A DNA stretch of 53,108 bases from a virus (lineage: Duplodnaviria > Caudoviricetes): IMG/VR virus record IMGVR_UViG_3300037076_000071, positions 1-53,108 of that record, one strand, 5' to 3'. A program made the translations under genes and the position numbers. Under the pieces are notes generated by a model. The model made no database searches. It worked only from the letters and a program-made list of their open reading frames with translations, and had not been told where the DNA came from. This document shows positions 35,162-45,062 of this stretch, piece by piece; the first letter of the stretch is position 1; each line of letters starts with the position of its first letter.

Positions 35162-36208
35162 CTAATAGCCTTCGAGTATCCGTTTTTTAGTCATCAGTTC
35201 TAGCTCAATGAACTGCAAAGCGATGTCCGTGCATACGCTTGGTGAGCCTTGAATGTCTTGATGACCTCTGAATGCAGACCAGTGGCCCGACGCTGTGTAA
35301 TTGACTTGCATGTTAGTCAAGGCGCACGTGCTGATTTTGTTCAGGAACAGATTCTCCTTTCCGTTTGCATAATACTGAATGTCAAATTCAGCCGGATAGA
35401 TCCAGAAACGGCCAGCCCAACCGTTCAAGAGTTCAGGAGCGGAATAAAACTTGAATGCTCGAATAATGTTATCAACGTTCAATGCTTCGGCTTCGCTCTC
35501 CGGTGTGAATCTGAAGTTGAAATTGAACTGCCGGAATGTGATGCCATTGAAGATGACTTCTTGGTGGTTGTTGATAATCATTCGCTTACCAAGGCTTGCG
35601 GCATCTTTCAAATTCAAGCCGTTCCATTGATTCGCCCAATCACCAAGGTGTTTTGCTCCTGACGCACCAGCCGATTTGAAAATGTCGGCCCATGACTCTT
35701 GCCCTTTCAGTTTGTTTGCAAGGTCAGCCGCCATACCGAGTTCTGTTGGTGTCCAGTCAGCCGCATAGTTGGTAGTAATTTCTGGTGGCATATACAGGAC
35801 GATGGTTGTGGCAACTCTCTGAATAGGTCTGGTCTGGTTTGTTGGAACAGATTGTGAGGCATCACCGCCAGAAGCAGTGGTAGACGCTCCGGTCGGATCG
35901 GCAGTAGTTCCATTCAAGTTAGTTCCGTTGTTGTTATTGTTTCCACTTGCTCCATTCAGGCTGATATCTCTGGCAGCATTTGCATTGATGGTAGCCTGAT
36001 CTGTCGGCGCTGCACCATTCACATTTGCCGTGTAAAACTGTGTGTTAGACGATTCATTGATGTGAAAGACCATGTAATGATCTTTGCCGGAAGATGCTAC
36101 TCCTAAGTCCAATGGGTATATAAAATTGGAGTAAGCATACTGGTTTACGTCCAGATCGCCTAGTGGCGTGTTCGGTGCCTGATTGAGTGGTGACTGAGAG
36201 GTTGCCAT
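35162..36208 (-). CDS. gp48: baseplate tail tube cap (T4 gp48-like)
   Basis: YPLDL, IVLYMP, IINN..E.IF.G..FR.F.F.F.F.P.SE.EA..V..II..FK, YP..F.I, C.LTNM.VNY; ATG 36208 after TAAATA. Confidence 0.85.
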   Translation of the reverse strand: MATSQSPLNQAPNTPLGDLDVNQYAYSNFIYPLDLGVASSGKDHYMVFHINESSNTQFYTANVNGAAPTDQATINANAARDISLNGASGNNNNNGTNLNGTTADPTGASTTASGGDASQSVPTNQTRPIQRVATTIVLYMPPEITTNYAADWTPTELGMAADLANKLKGQESWADIFKSAGASGAKHLGDWANQWNGLNLKDAASLGKRMIINNHQEVIFNGITFRQFNFNFRFTPESEAEALNVDNIIRAFKFYSAPELLNGWAGRFWIYPAEFDIQYYANGKENLFLNKISTCALTNMQVNYTASGHWSAFRGHQDIQGSPSVCTDIALQFIELELMTKKRILEGY

Positions 36209-36238
36209 TGCGTTTGTATTTAGTGCGTAAATAAGTAT

Positions 36239-36754
36239 GTGGAACAACCAAAGTATCGCATACAACCCGTGAAGTGGAGAAAGAAGGCTGGTGGCGGCAA
36301 ACAACCATACCAAGGACACTTCTATCCTGGATATCCTGAAAAATATGAAGGAAAGATTGACACCATCATGTTTCGGTCTGGATTGGAGCTTCGTTTGTTC
36401 AAATATTTGGATGAAGCTCCTGGTATCATTCGATGGAGTTCTGAGGAAACAGTGATTAAATATCGGTCGCCGGTTGACGGAAAGATCCACCGATATTTTG
36501 TTGATGCCAAAATCACAACCAAAAAAGATGAAATTGAGACTACATATCTCATCGAAGTGAAACCGGCATCTCAATGCAAGCCGCCGTCGCCACCCAAAAA
36601 ACCGAATAAAAAATCTCAGGCAAGATTTCTTCGAGAATCGAGAACATACAAAGTCAATTTGGCAAAATGGAATCAGGCAGAACTGGTGTGCGAGCAAAAA
36701 GGATGGACATTTTTGAAATTGACCGAAAAAGATTTGTCATTTGGAAGAGTATGA
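36239..36754 (+). CDS. gp4: head completion nuclease (T4 gp4-like)
   Basis: YQG.F.P.YPEKY.G, FRS.LE, WSSEE, Y.SPVDGK.HRYFVD, LIEVKP, N.AKW, LTEKDL. Confidence 0.9.
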   Translation: MEQPKYRIQPVKWRKKAGGGKQPYQGHFYPGYPEKYEGKIDTIMFRSGLELRLFKYLDEAPGIIRWSSEETVIKYRSPVDGKIHRYFVDAKITTKKDEIETTYLIEVKPASQCKPPSPPKKPNKKSQARFLRESRTYKVNLAKWNQAELVCEQKGWTFLKLTEKDLSFGRV

Positions 36755-37053
36755 GACTGAAAGGGTGGAAGATGTCAGAGGAACAGAAACAAAAGATTCG
36801 TGCGACCATGATAGGTCGTACTTATTCGGAAGAGCGTCGGGCAGCGATGCGAAAACCACGCAAACCTCTTAGTGAAGCGCATAAACAGAAAATTAGCGAA
36901 TCAATGGAAAAATATCTGAACAGCCTAACAGAAGATGAATTCACAGAAAGAATGATGCGTACATGGACAGCAAATTTAGAATCGAACGCCGACTACGCTC
37001 CACTCGATCCTAAAATTATGGACAAAATGAACGTATTCCTTGGTCTCAAATAA
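36751..37053 (+). CDS. NUMOD3 DNA-binding protein (endonuclease remnant)
   Basis: MSEEQKQKI, SEERRAAM, LSEAHKQKISES; no nuclease domain. Confidence 0.7.
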   Translation: MRLKGWKMSEEQKQKIRATMIGRTYSEERRAAMRKPRKPLSEAHKQKISESMEKYLNSLTEDEFTERMMRTWTANLESNADYAPLDPKIMDKMNVFLGLK

Positions 37054-38354
37054 TGCCAATACGAAACCTTGACGAGTCAGAGATCCGCAGAATTTCAGAG
37101 AAGTACATTCACAGTGTACGGCATGACCCGGAGACTATCCCAAACATTCAGGAAGTCATCACGGAAGCGATCAAGAATGTTGCACCAAACCGGGAGTTTG
37201 ATCCCGCCGACATCGCCAGTGTTGTGTCTAAGTTGAAAGGCAAACACATCATCAACGACAAAGTAATCAACGAAGCGGCCAAGGAAGTGGTTGACCATAG
37301 CGCAATGGAAGACATGAAGTTCATGATCGGGCGCAATGCCAAGGCGCTTGGAAAGACTAAACTCACTCCCAAAGAAGTTGACGCAATCATCAAGCAGGGT
37401 AAGCTAGACCCATATACAGCCTCGTTGCCACAGATCAAAAAAGCGGTCAATGATTTCTTCTCGTTTGGTAGACCATTAGAATTCATCACACCGACTGAAT
37501 TACAAGATATGGTCCGGTCGCAGATGAGCAAAGCCGGTCCTGTAGATGAACGTGATGTGAATGCTGTTGTGGCGAAGTATGTAGAGAAGGCCGATCAAGA
37601 GAAACCTGTCGATCCAGCCGAAGTACAGCGCCTCATTCAGAGTCACATGGCACTTCGGACGCCACCAACAAAGCCGTCAGAACAAGAAAAACAGAAAGGC
37701 GACAAGCAGACAAACGTCAAACAGGGAACGTTTATTCCGCCGAAAGATCCAAAAAATTTGACCTTCTTTGAGAAGATTAGAATCAAATTTCAACGGTATG
37801 GAATTAAGTCTCTCACCAAGGAATCTCGCAACTGGCTCACCGATGAAGTTGCCAGCCTGAAGCGTGTAAATCGCCAGAGTTTTATCACACAAGGTCAGAC
37901 AGCAGCGGAAGCCTTCATCGGCAAGATGTTCATGTTTTTTTACGACGCCAAGACGAAGAAGAGACTGCCGTATTGGGATAAGTTCCCACTCATCTTTGTG
38001 ATTGAGTTATATGACGACGGGTGGCTTGGTCTCAACCTTCACTACTTAGATCAGAAGGTACGCTTGCGCCTGTTTGACAAGTTACTCAAATTTGCGAATG
38101 ATAAATCATTAGACAAGATTACGAAGCTAAGATTGTCGTATGCGTTGCTGAAAAATGTAGCGCAATTTCCCGAAGTAAGACCTTGTATCAAAAGGTACTT
38201 AGCTGAATATACAAAGAGTCAACTCTTGACAGTTCAGCCGATTGATTGGGAAATTGCGTTGTTCTTGCCAGTCGAACAGTTCCAGAAAGAGAAGAAGGAA
38301 ACTGTATGGGCAGCAAGTAGAAAGAAGATTCGGAGTCTGAGGAAGGTAAAATAA
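37053..38354 (+). CDS. gp2: DNA end protector (T4 gp2-like) with N-terminal extension
   Basis: C-terminal GKMFMFFYDAKTK..LPYWDKFPL, GLNLHYL, PCIKRYL, W..A.FLP. Confidence 0.9.
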   Translation: MPIRNLDESEIRRISEKYIHSVRHDPETIPNIQEVITEAIKNVAPNREFDPADIASVVSKLKGKHIINDKVINEAAKEVVDHSAMEDMKFMIGRNAKALGKTKLTPKEVDAIIKQGKLDPYTASLPQIKKAVNDFFSFGRPLEFITPTELQDMVRSQMSKAGPVDERDVNAVVAKYVEKADQEKPVDPAEVQRLIQSHMALRTPPTKPSEQEKQKGDKQTNVKQGTFIPPKDPKNLTFFEKIRIKFQRYGIKSLTKESRNWLTDEVASLKRVNRQSFITQGQTAAEAFIGKMFMFFYDAKTKKRLPYWDKFPLIFVIELYDDGWLGLNLHYLDQKVRLRLFDKLLKFANDKSLDKITKLRLSYALLKNVAQFPEVRPCIKRYLAEYTKSQLLTVQPIDWEIALFLPVEQFQKEKKETVWAASRKKIRSLRKVK

Positions 38355-39278
38355 ATGCCAGGATTATCAGATCTAGCCGAGATGGTCGCTGAAGATTTCT
38401 TTGCGGCCATCACAGGAGCAATCGAGCACCAGCGTGTACAAAACCAACCGCATGATTCTTGGCCTTCCAATACCGATGCGGCCACAACTGCAAGTAATTC
38501 TGCATCGAAGGACATCGAACACGCTAAAGTAAAAGTCAAAAATTCTGGCGCAAGCATGATGAATGACTTTGTGTCTGAATTGACGTTCACTGCTGGCGTT
38601 GCAGTACAGAATCGCTATCAAGTATCCATCCCTACGATGTTGTTGGGACAGAATTCAAAAGTGATTTACAACTTGATCCAGTCAAATCCGGCCACTGCTG
38701 GATTGTCTATGGATTGGATGGGAACTTACTATTCCGGCGACATGGGACAGGCCGCAGTCGAGCTTACAGCCTATTGTGACAAGGCCCAATTGCCTGGATA
38801 TCAGTTTCAGACAGAGACCGTTCGTCATTACGGCCCGTCGTTCAAGATTCCACACATGCCAGAGTACCAAGACATCACAATGTCATTCATGTGCAGTTCT
38901 GGATTTTGGGAACGCTATTTCTTCGACGCTTGGATGTACATGGTGATGGACCCGGTAACGAACAACTTCAATTACAAAGACGAATATTCGTGTGATGTCA
39001 TCATTGCTTCGATCATTCCGGGCGGCGCACCAATTTTGGATTGGGACAATATGAACTACTGGACGAAGCTCGTAGATTGCTTCCCAATTTCAATTCAGGA
39101 ACAAGAAGTGGGCTACGACATGAACAACAGCATTCAAAAAGTCGTGGTCACTTTTTCGTATAAGTATGCCATTCCATTCACCGGCAAGGGTTCTACAACT
39201 GCTTCGCCGTTACGTGGAAGTAAGGCTACATTCCAACAGGGCATTAGTCTAAATCCAACGGCCAAGCCACCGTCTTAA
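38355..39278 (+). CDS. tail tube initiator (T4 gp54-like)
   Basis: NRYQVSI, C..AQLPG, YGP..KIP, ITMSF, ER.FFDAW, F.YKDEY, L..CFPISI, V.FSYK; position between gp2 and gp26. Confidence 0.75.
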   Translation: MPGLSDLAEMVAEDFFAAITGAIEHQRVQNQPHDSWPSNTDAATTASNSASKDIEHAKVKVKNSGASMMNDFVSELTFTAGVAVQNRYQVSIPTMLLGQNSKVIYNLIQSNPATAGLSMDWMGTYYSGDMGQAAVELTAYCDKAQLPGYQFQTETVRHYGPSFKIPHMPEYQDITMSFMCSSGFWERYFFDAWMYMVMDPVTNNFNYKDEYSCDVIIASIIPGGAPILDWDNMNYWTKLVDCFPISIQEQEVGYDMNNSIQKVVVTFSYKYAIPFTGKGSTTASPLRGSKATFQQGISLNPTAKPPS

Positions 39279-39307
39279 TTTGGAAAGCGTGACTACATAC
39301 AGTTACT

Positions 39308-40129
39308 ATGCCATTACCTAATCTGGAAAAGATGGTGCCTCATTTTGAGATCACCGTCCCATCGACCGGGAAAGAAGTCACATTTAGACCTTTCCTTGTC
39401 AAAGAGGAAAAAATCCTTCTCATCGCTTTGGAGAGCGGCGAAGAGAAGGCCATGCTAGATGCAATCGTGCAAGTGATTACATCCTGCGCCGTCTCGCCGT
39501 TGAAAATCGACTCTCTTGCAAATTTCGACCTGGAATACCTTTTCCTACAACTTCGGGCACGCTCCGTCAATAACGTTGTCGAGCTTACTTACCGTTGTCA
39601 TAATCTTGTTATAGTCGCCCCTGACGAAGTTGAAAAACATAGTTGGGAATCTCGTGAACAAAAGGCTCAAGCCATTGAAAAGGTCAAGGCCGGTGAACCA
39701 GTATACGGATCATGCGACTACATGGTCAAAGTGAAACTCAATCTGGATGACGTGAAAGTTCAATTCAACGATCAGCACAAGCGGCAGATCTTTTTGACAC
39801 CGACTTTAGGCGTCAACATGCGCTATCCGAATTTCAAAATGGCGAAGGCTTTGCTTGGTAGACCTACGCAGCCGGATAGTGTGACCGATAGCATTCAAAG
39901 CATCGCTATGTGTGTGGAATCGGTGTTCGATGAAGAGTCGGTATATAACAACTTCACTCCGAAGGAAATTGTAGAGTGGGTCGAGAAATTGACACAGCCA
40001 CAGTTCGCCAGCTTGCAAGTCTTTTTTGAGACTATTCCGACGCTGGCACATGACTTTGAATTCCATTGCCCGGTATGTGATTACAAAGAGAACATTCACA
40101 TAGAAGGGCTACAAAGTTTTTTCGGCTAA
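39308..40129 (+). CDS. gp26: baseplate hub assembly protein (T4 gp26-like)
   Basis: P...VPSTGK.V.FRPFLVKEEKILLIA.E, FDLEYLFLQLRARS, MRYP, FFET.P, EGLQSFF. Confidence 0.9.
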   Translation: MPLPNLEKMVPHFEITVPSTGKEVTFRPFLVKEEKILLIALESGEEKAMLDAIVQVITSCAVSPLKIDSLANFDLEYLFLQLRARSVNNVVELTYRCHNLVIVAPDEVEKHSWESREQKAQAIEKVKAGEPVYGSCDYMVKVKLNLDDVKVQFNDQHKRQIFLTPTLGVNMRYPNFKMAKALLGRPTQPDSVTDSIQSIAMCVESVFDEESVYNNFTPKEIVEWVEKLTQPQFASLQVFFETIPTLAHDFEFHCPVCDYKENIHIEGLQSFFG

Positions 40130-40155
40130 GTCTCAGTCATAGTTCTCTTCCCAAT

Positions 40156-40317
40156 ATGTTTCTGGTGAACTTCAGTCTTACTTTTCACCACAAATATACC
40201 TTGACTGAGATTGAGAGTATGATTCCTTGGGAGAGGGACGCATACCTCAAAATGATTTCCGAATACATCGAAGCCGAAAATGAGCGCATAGCCGCCGAAA
40301 ACGCCAAACGTAAGTAG
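40156..40317 (+). CDS. baseplate hub assembly catalyst (T4 gp51-like)
   Basis: NF.L..HHKY.LTEIE.MIPWER..Y; frame also open back to the slippery site at 40117. Confidence 0.8.
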   Translation: MFLVNFSLTFHHKYTLTEIESMIPWERDAYLKMISEYIEAENERIAAENAKRK

Positions 40318-40361
40318 TGCAATTACATGACTAAATACCTTTCTACGGAGGGTGCGTAAGT

Positions 40362-40733
40362 ATGACTGCACAACAATTTAGCGATATCATGGCGTGGATG
40401 AAAGCCAACGAACTTATGTTGGGTCTTTTGGCATCGGCTATCGTCATCACCATGCCCGAAAAATTGCCGGGGCTACGAGAGTTTCCAGAATGGATGTGGG
40501 AATGGATTCGTGATGCAATGAAGACCTTTATGAACTTCAGACACTCAGGCGCACCTATCACAGATGCTCAACACAGTACTGCACAGGCTCTTGAAGTGCC
40601 AGGAACCGTGCAGATTAAAGTGGAACAGCCGATTACAAATCCACCGGAGAAATCTACACCAGAAAAACCAACAGAGAAACTTGAAGTAGACAAGAAGCCA
40701 ACAGACCCACAACCGCAACTCCTTAACGAGTAA
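40362..40733 (+). CDS. membrane protein with Pro/Lys-rich tail
   Basis: GGAGG SD, TAAATA upstream; hydrophobic N-terminus. Confidence 0.7.
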   Translation: MTAQQFSDIMAWMKANELMLGLLASAIVITMPEKLPGLREFPEWMWEWIRDAMKTFMNFRHSGAPITDAQHSTAQALEVPGTVQIKVEQPITNPPEKSTPEKPTEKLEVDKKPTDPQPQLLNE

Positions 40734-40739
40734 ACTTAG

Positions 40740-43700
40740 ATGCCTCTTGACCCGAAGAAGACAAAGAACGGAGTAAATCTCAACGAGATCGACGTAAGCA
40801 AACTCGCCTTGGTTGACAAGGAAGGTTTGATTGACGATCTTGGCAAGCGTCTGAAGACAGAGATCAAAGGTGCCTTTACTGAAGCTATCAAATCTGTAAA
40901 GCCAGAGATTAAAGGTATTGTCGATGACGCTGTAAAGTCTCAAAATTCTTCTTCGGGTGGATCACAAGCACCCTCTTCATCAACGAAGCAGCAAACAACT
41001 TCTAGCGGTGGTGGAGGAAATAGTGGCGGTGGTGGAACCCCGCCGCCCAACCCACCAAAACCGCCTAAGCCACCCAAGACACCGAAGCAACCCAAAGCTC
41101 CAAAGGTTCCAAAGCCACAAATGAATCCTGGTGGCGGCAACGTGTATTCTGACATAGGAAAGGAGATTGCCGAAAATCTTGACGAACTAACGGAAAGTTA
41201 CCAGACTCTCAATCTCAAAGAATTAGAACTAGCACAAAAGAGACTGTCCGACGTACAAGAGTCCATTCGATTTTCGACTTTTGGAAAAGAACAAGCTCTA
41301 CTTTCTGCTGCGACGGCAGATCTTGAAAAAGAACTAGCGAATGAAGCAAAGAAGCGTGGCACGACCCTCGGAAAGATTGGCAATTTCCTAGACCGGGAAA
41401 ATATCAACGCAGCCAGCATCATTACAGGCATCTTCAGCGATTCTCCGATGGTCGGTTTGATGACCAAGGCCGTGATGGAGTCAATTCGCCACAAGCGTGC
41501 TGCCGCCCAAAAGCAAAAATCCGATCAGTTGAAAATTGGAGACATCAAACAGCATCTTCCCCGCCCTGATGACTTCCACCAACAGAACCAGCAACAGACG
41601 GCACCACAGGCCCCACAGCAGCCTCAGACGCAGCAACAGGCTCCACAGCAGCCACCACAACAAGCAACGCAGCCAGCGCAGCCCCAAGCACAAAGTCCAA
41701 CTCCTGTTTCTCCACAAGAACAGCAACCAAATCCGAAAGGACCGGCGCAAGTCCACAACATTGGCGACTACGCAGATCGGCGTCCACCCGAGCGTGTCAA
41801 CGATGAGGAAGATGACGAAGAAGGAAAGAATGCAGAAATGGTTGCTCTTCGTCTCCACAAGCAAAGCAAGCGACGTGCCCGTGGAAACTATCAACGTGAG
41901 AAGTATGACCAAGGTTACGAGCAAGGAAAGAAAGCTGAACTAGAGAAACTACACGCCGAATTAGAGGAAGCAAAAAAGAAAGCAGAAGAGATTAAGAAGA
42001 ATCCACCAGAGCCAAAACCAGGAGAAGACATTTTTGGCACTCCAGACGACAACGCTGAGTCTGACGTTAGATTACTTGAGCACAAAGTTGCATCCATTCA
42101 AAAACTTCTTGACGACATAGAAAAGCAGAAGGCCGATGAAGCCGACGAAAATAAGCGTGCCCTTGAATACGCAAGTAAGGGCGAACGCAAGCAGAACAAT
42201 CTTGTCGAAATGAAGCCGAAGGCTCCAGAACGAGTTCAACAAGAACCCATTGTAATGGGCAAGGCGGCATTAGAGCATAACGCCGATCCAGAGACACAAC
42301 TCCATCCAGAAAGAGAAGAGTTGGGCGATAACAAAATTGTCAGCATTCTCAGTGGAATGAAAACGACTGAAGAGAAGGAAAGCAAGACTCTGGACGTTTT
42401 CAGTTTCAAGAACAAGAACAATCGCATCAATCCATTTCTCGAACTGCGTAAGCTAAGTCAACAGCAATTGACCGAGCTTGAAAAAATCAGTAGTATCATG
42501 GCGCTTCAGCTTGAACAGGCTAAGTTGGCAAATGATGCTGCCCAACGTGAGACCAAAGAAAAAGGTCTTGGTGGCGAAGGTGGCGGCGGTGGAATTGTCG
42601 AAGGCGCTGCAAAAAAGAAGACCAAGGAAAGCGGTGGTTTGGGAATCATGGATGCAATCTTCGGCGGTGTCGAAGGTCTGCATGGCGTTCAGTTACTCAC
42701 ACAAGGCATCAAAGGCATCAAAAACTTCGGAAAGAATCTTTTCAAGGGTAAGGGTGCGAAAGGTGCCGAGAAGGTAGCCGAAGGTGTCGGTGAAGGTGCA
42801 AAAGTTGCTGAAGGTGTCGGTGAAGGCGCAAAGGTTGCTGAAGGTGCTGGTAAAGGTGCAGAAGCCCTCAAAACTGTAGAAGGTGTAGGTAAGGGAGCCG
42901 AAGCGGTCAAAGAAGTCGGGTTCATGAGCAAGTTGTTGGGTAAGGTTCCTGGTGGTGAAAAGGCCCTTGAATTAGGTTCTAAAATTCCAGGAATGTCAAA
43001 GCTTGGTGGCGCTGCAAAAGGATTGGGCAAAGTTGCTCCCTGGTTGCAATTAGTATTATCCGGTTTGGACTTCCACCAAGGATACAAGCAAGCAGCGAGT
43101 TTTATTGGTAAAAAAGAAAGCGATGTTGATACTGGTGATAAAATTGGTTCCGGTGGAGCCAATGTTGTAGGCAATATCGTTGGTAGCCCTATTGATATGA
43201 TAGGGGCGCTCTTCGGCCAGGATTTGAATACCACTGGTTATATCAGAAAGAAACTGAATAATGCAGGACAAGCAATCAAAAATGTCGGAGAAGATGGTCC
43301 GGTTCAAGCAACACAGACGGAATCAGCTAAGAAGCTCCAAGACCGTATTAAAAAGTTGAAGGAACAAAATCCGGGTATGACCGATGCTGTTGCTAGAAGC
43401 AAAGCTATCGAGCAATTGCTTGCAGAAAAGGCACAGAGTTCATCACCAACGTCACCAACACCAGCGGCACCACAGCCCGCACCATCTACGTCGCCAACAC
43501 CAGCGGCACCACAGCCCGCACCATCTACGTCGCCAACACCAGCACCAACAACCCCGGCACCATCTACATCACCAGTCGGTGGATCGGTGAACACCACCAG
43601 TGCGGGCGTTCTTCAGTCAACCACATCTCCGTTTTCGACTAGTTTAACTAAGTCATCTACAGCAATGAATAAAGGTGCTCGTCTGGCTCCTAGTAGCGTC

Positions 43701-44528
43701 AAAGGTACAGCTAGTCAAACAACTGGAGAAGTGGCTGCTGCTGCGATGGAAGCGGAGAAGGAAACTGGATTTCCTGCAAAAGTAATCATGGCCCAATTTG
43801 CATTGGAAAGCAATCGTGGGAAAAGTGTCACTGGCGATTACAATTTTTTTGGAGTGACAGGAAGCGGAACTGCTGGAAGTAAGATGGTAAAGACCAGAGA
43901 AGAAATAACTCCTGAATATGCTGCGAAACATTTTCCTGATGCAGTTTTAGATTCAAATCAGTCGGGTGTTGCTCCCGGTAAAAAGCGATACATTGTGCAT
44001 CGTCCGTTTGCCGCATACAAGTCAGTGAAAGATTCTGTGGATCAACACATCAAACTTCTTTCACAAAGTAAACGATACAAACCCGCATTCGAGAAGTACA
44101 AAAAGACTAAGGACGCCGATCAGTTGATGCGTGATATTGCCGCTGCTGGTTACGCTACAGGGAATAATTACGGAGACCATTTGGTAAAGGTTTCTCAAAG
44201 CAGCGACTTGGTTTCTGCTTTATCTGGTGGGACGACACCAACACCAGCAAATGGTCAGACGCAACCACCTAAGACTGAATTGGCAAGTGCAGCGCCAGTA
44301 CAACAGCCACCGACTCCACCAGAAGCAGGAAAGCGGCTGACTCAAGCATCCATGCAGAACACGGATCTTGTAAGAACTGCATCAGCCGCACCACCGCCAG
44401 CAAATAGCCAGAATGTGTTTGCTCCATCTAACGTCACACAGAACACCAGTATTCTTCCAGGTGTGAAAGCGCAGAATACAGAAAGCACGTATCAGCGCAC
44501 GATGGACCAAATGTATGTGGCGACTTGA
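40740..44528 (+). CDS. tape-measure-like virion protein with GH73 (FlgJ-like) glucosaminidase domain
   Basis: 1262 aa, helical and low-complexity, after gp26/gp51; C-terminal VIMAQFALESNRG...YNFFGV...FAAYKS...RY...AAGYAT. Confidence 0.8.
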   Translation: MPLDPKKTKNGVNLNEIDVSKLALVDKEGLIDDLGKRLKTEIKGAFTEAIKSVKPEIKGIVDDAVKSQNSSSGGSQAPSSSTKQQTTSSGGGGNSGGGGTPPPNPPKPPKPPKTPKQPKAPKVPKPQMNPGGGNVYSDIGKEIAENLDELTESYQTLNLKELELAQKRLSDVQESIRFSTFGKEQALLSAATADLEKELANEAKKRGTTLGKIGNFLDRENINAASIITGIFSDSPMVGLMTKAVMESIRHKRAAAQKQKSDQLKIGDIKQHLPRPDDFHQQNQQQTAPQAPQQPQTQQQAPQQPPQQATQPAQPQAQSPTPVSPQEQQPNPKGPAQVHNIGDYADRRPPERVNDEEDDEEGKNAEMVALRLHKQSKRRARGNYQREKYDQGYEQGKKAELEKLHAELEEAKKKAEEIKKNPPEPKPGEDIFGTPDDNAESDVRLLEHKVASIQKLLDDIEKQKADEADENKRALEYASKGERKQNNLVEMKPKAPERVQQEPIVMGKAALEHNADPETQLHPEREELGDNKIVSILSGMKTTEEKESKTLDVFSFKNKNNRINPFLELRKLSQQQLTELEKISSIMALQLEQAKLANDAAQRETKEKGLGGEGGGGGIVEGAAKKKTKESGGLGIMDAIFGGVEGLHGVQLLTQGIKGIKNFGKNLFKGKGAKGAEKVAEGVGEGAKVAEGVGEGAKVAEGAGKGAEALKTVEGVGKGAEAVKEVGFMSKLLGKVPGGEKALELGSKIPGMSKLGGAAKGLGKVAPWLQLVLSGLDFHQGYKQAASFIGKKESDVDTGDKIGSGGANVVGNIVGSPIDMIGALFGQDLNTTGYIRKKLNNAGQAIKNVGEDGPVQATQTESAKKLQDRIKKLKEQNPGMTDAVARSKAIEQLLAEKAQSSSPTSPTPAAPQPAPSTSPTPAAPQPAPSTSPTPAPTTPAPSTSPVGGSVNTTSAGVLQSTTSPFSTSLTKSSTAMNKGARLAPSSVKGTASQTTGEVAAAAMEAEKETGFPAKVIMAQFALESNRGKSVTGDYNFFGVTGSGTAGSKMVKTREEITPEYAAKHFPDAVLDSNQSGVAPGKKRYIVHRPFAAYKSVKDSVDQHIKLLSQSKRYKPAFEKYKKTKDADQLMRDIAAAGYATGNNYGDHLVKVSQSSDLVSALSGGTTPTPANGQTQPPKTELASAAPVQQPPTPPEAGKRLTQASMQNTDLVRTASAAPPPANSQNVFAPSNVTQNTSILPGVKAQNTESTYQRTMDQMYVAT
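42770..42860 (+). repeat. 30-bp coding tandem repeat (KVAEGVGEGA)
   Basis: About 3 near-identical copies, degenerate copies follow. Confidence 0.8.
43452..43575 (+). repeat. 39-bp coding tandem repeat (SPTPAAPQPAPST)
   Basis: Two near-perfect copies plus a degenerate third. Confidence 0.8.
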
Positions 44529-44549
44529 TCCTATGTATAAATTACTTAC

Positions 44550-45062
44550 ATGGAGTCCATATCTAAACAAAAAGCTACAGATAAGTACCGACTTTCTGAA
44601 AAAGGCAAAGAAACAAGAAAACGATACCGCCAATCACAAGCTGGAAAACAATCGTCTAAGAAAACTTATACTTCTCCGCAAGGAAAATTGTGGGTAAAAA
44701 AGGCTGGCGACCAGTATCGTCAGACTAATCATGGTCGTGCAGTTATTCTCTTATGTGATGCGAGAAAGAGAGCACGACAGCAAAACTTGCCATTTGCATT
44801 AACTGTCGAATGGATAGAAGAAAAATTGAAATTTGGCGTGTGTGAACAAACGGGTGACGCATTCAATTTAACTCTATTCAAAAATTCGCATCGAAATATG
44901 TTTGCCCCTAGTTTGGATCAAATTATTCCGGCTGGAGGATACACGCCGGAAAATACTCAAATTGTGTGTTGGTGGTGGAATTCATTCAAACACAACAGAA
45001 CAGATGAAGAGGCATGGCAACATTTCCAAATTCTCCACAATCGTCAATCGTTGTCGTCATAA
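44550..45062 (+). CDS. putative HNH-like homing endonuclease
   Basis: Basic repeats then AR.RA...LPF.LT, C..TG, PSLDQI.P.GGYT.EN..IVC...N..K. Confidence 0.75.
   Translation: MESISKQKATDKYRLSEKGKETRKRYRQSQAGKQSSKKTYTSPQGKLWVKKAGDQYRQTNHGRAVILLCDARKRARQQNLPFALTVEWIEEKLKFGVCEQTGDAFNLTLFKNSHRNMFAPSLDQIIPAGGYTPENTQIVCWWWNSFKHNRTDEEAWQHFQILHNRQSLSS

Noticed and set aside
36209-36697. N-terminal extension of gp48 in the ORF track
   Set aside because: Overlaps gp4 on the opposite strand; the real start is ATG 36208 behind a TAAATA promoter
43452-43575. Tandem repeat as a mobile element or array
   Set aside because: In-frame 39-bp coding repeat producing a Pro/Thr linker
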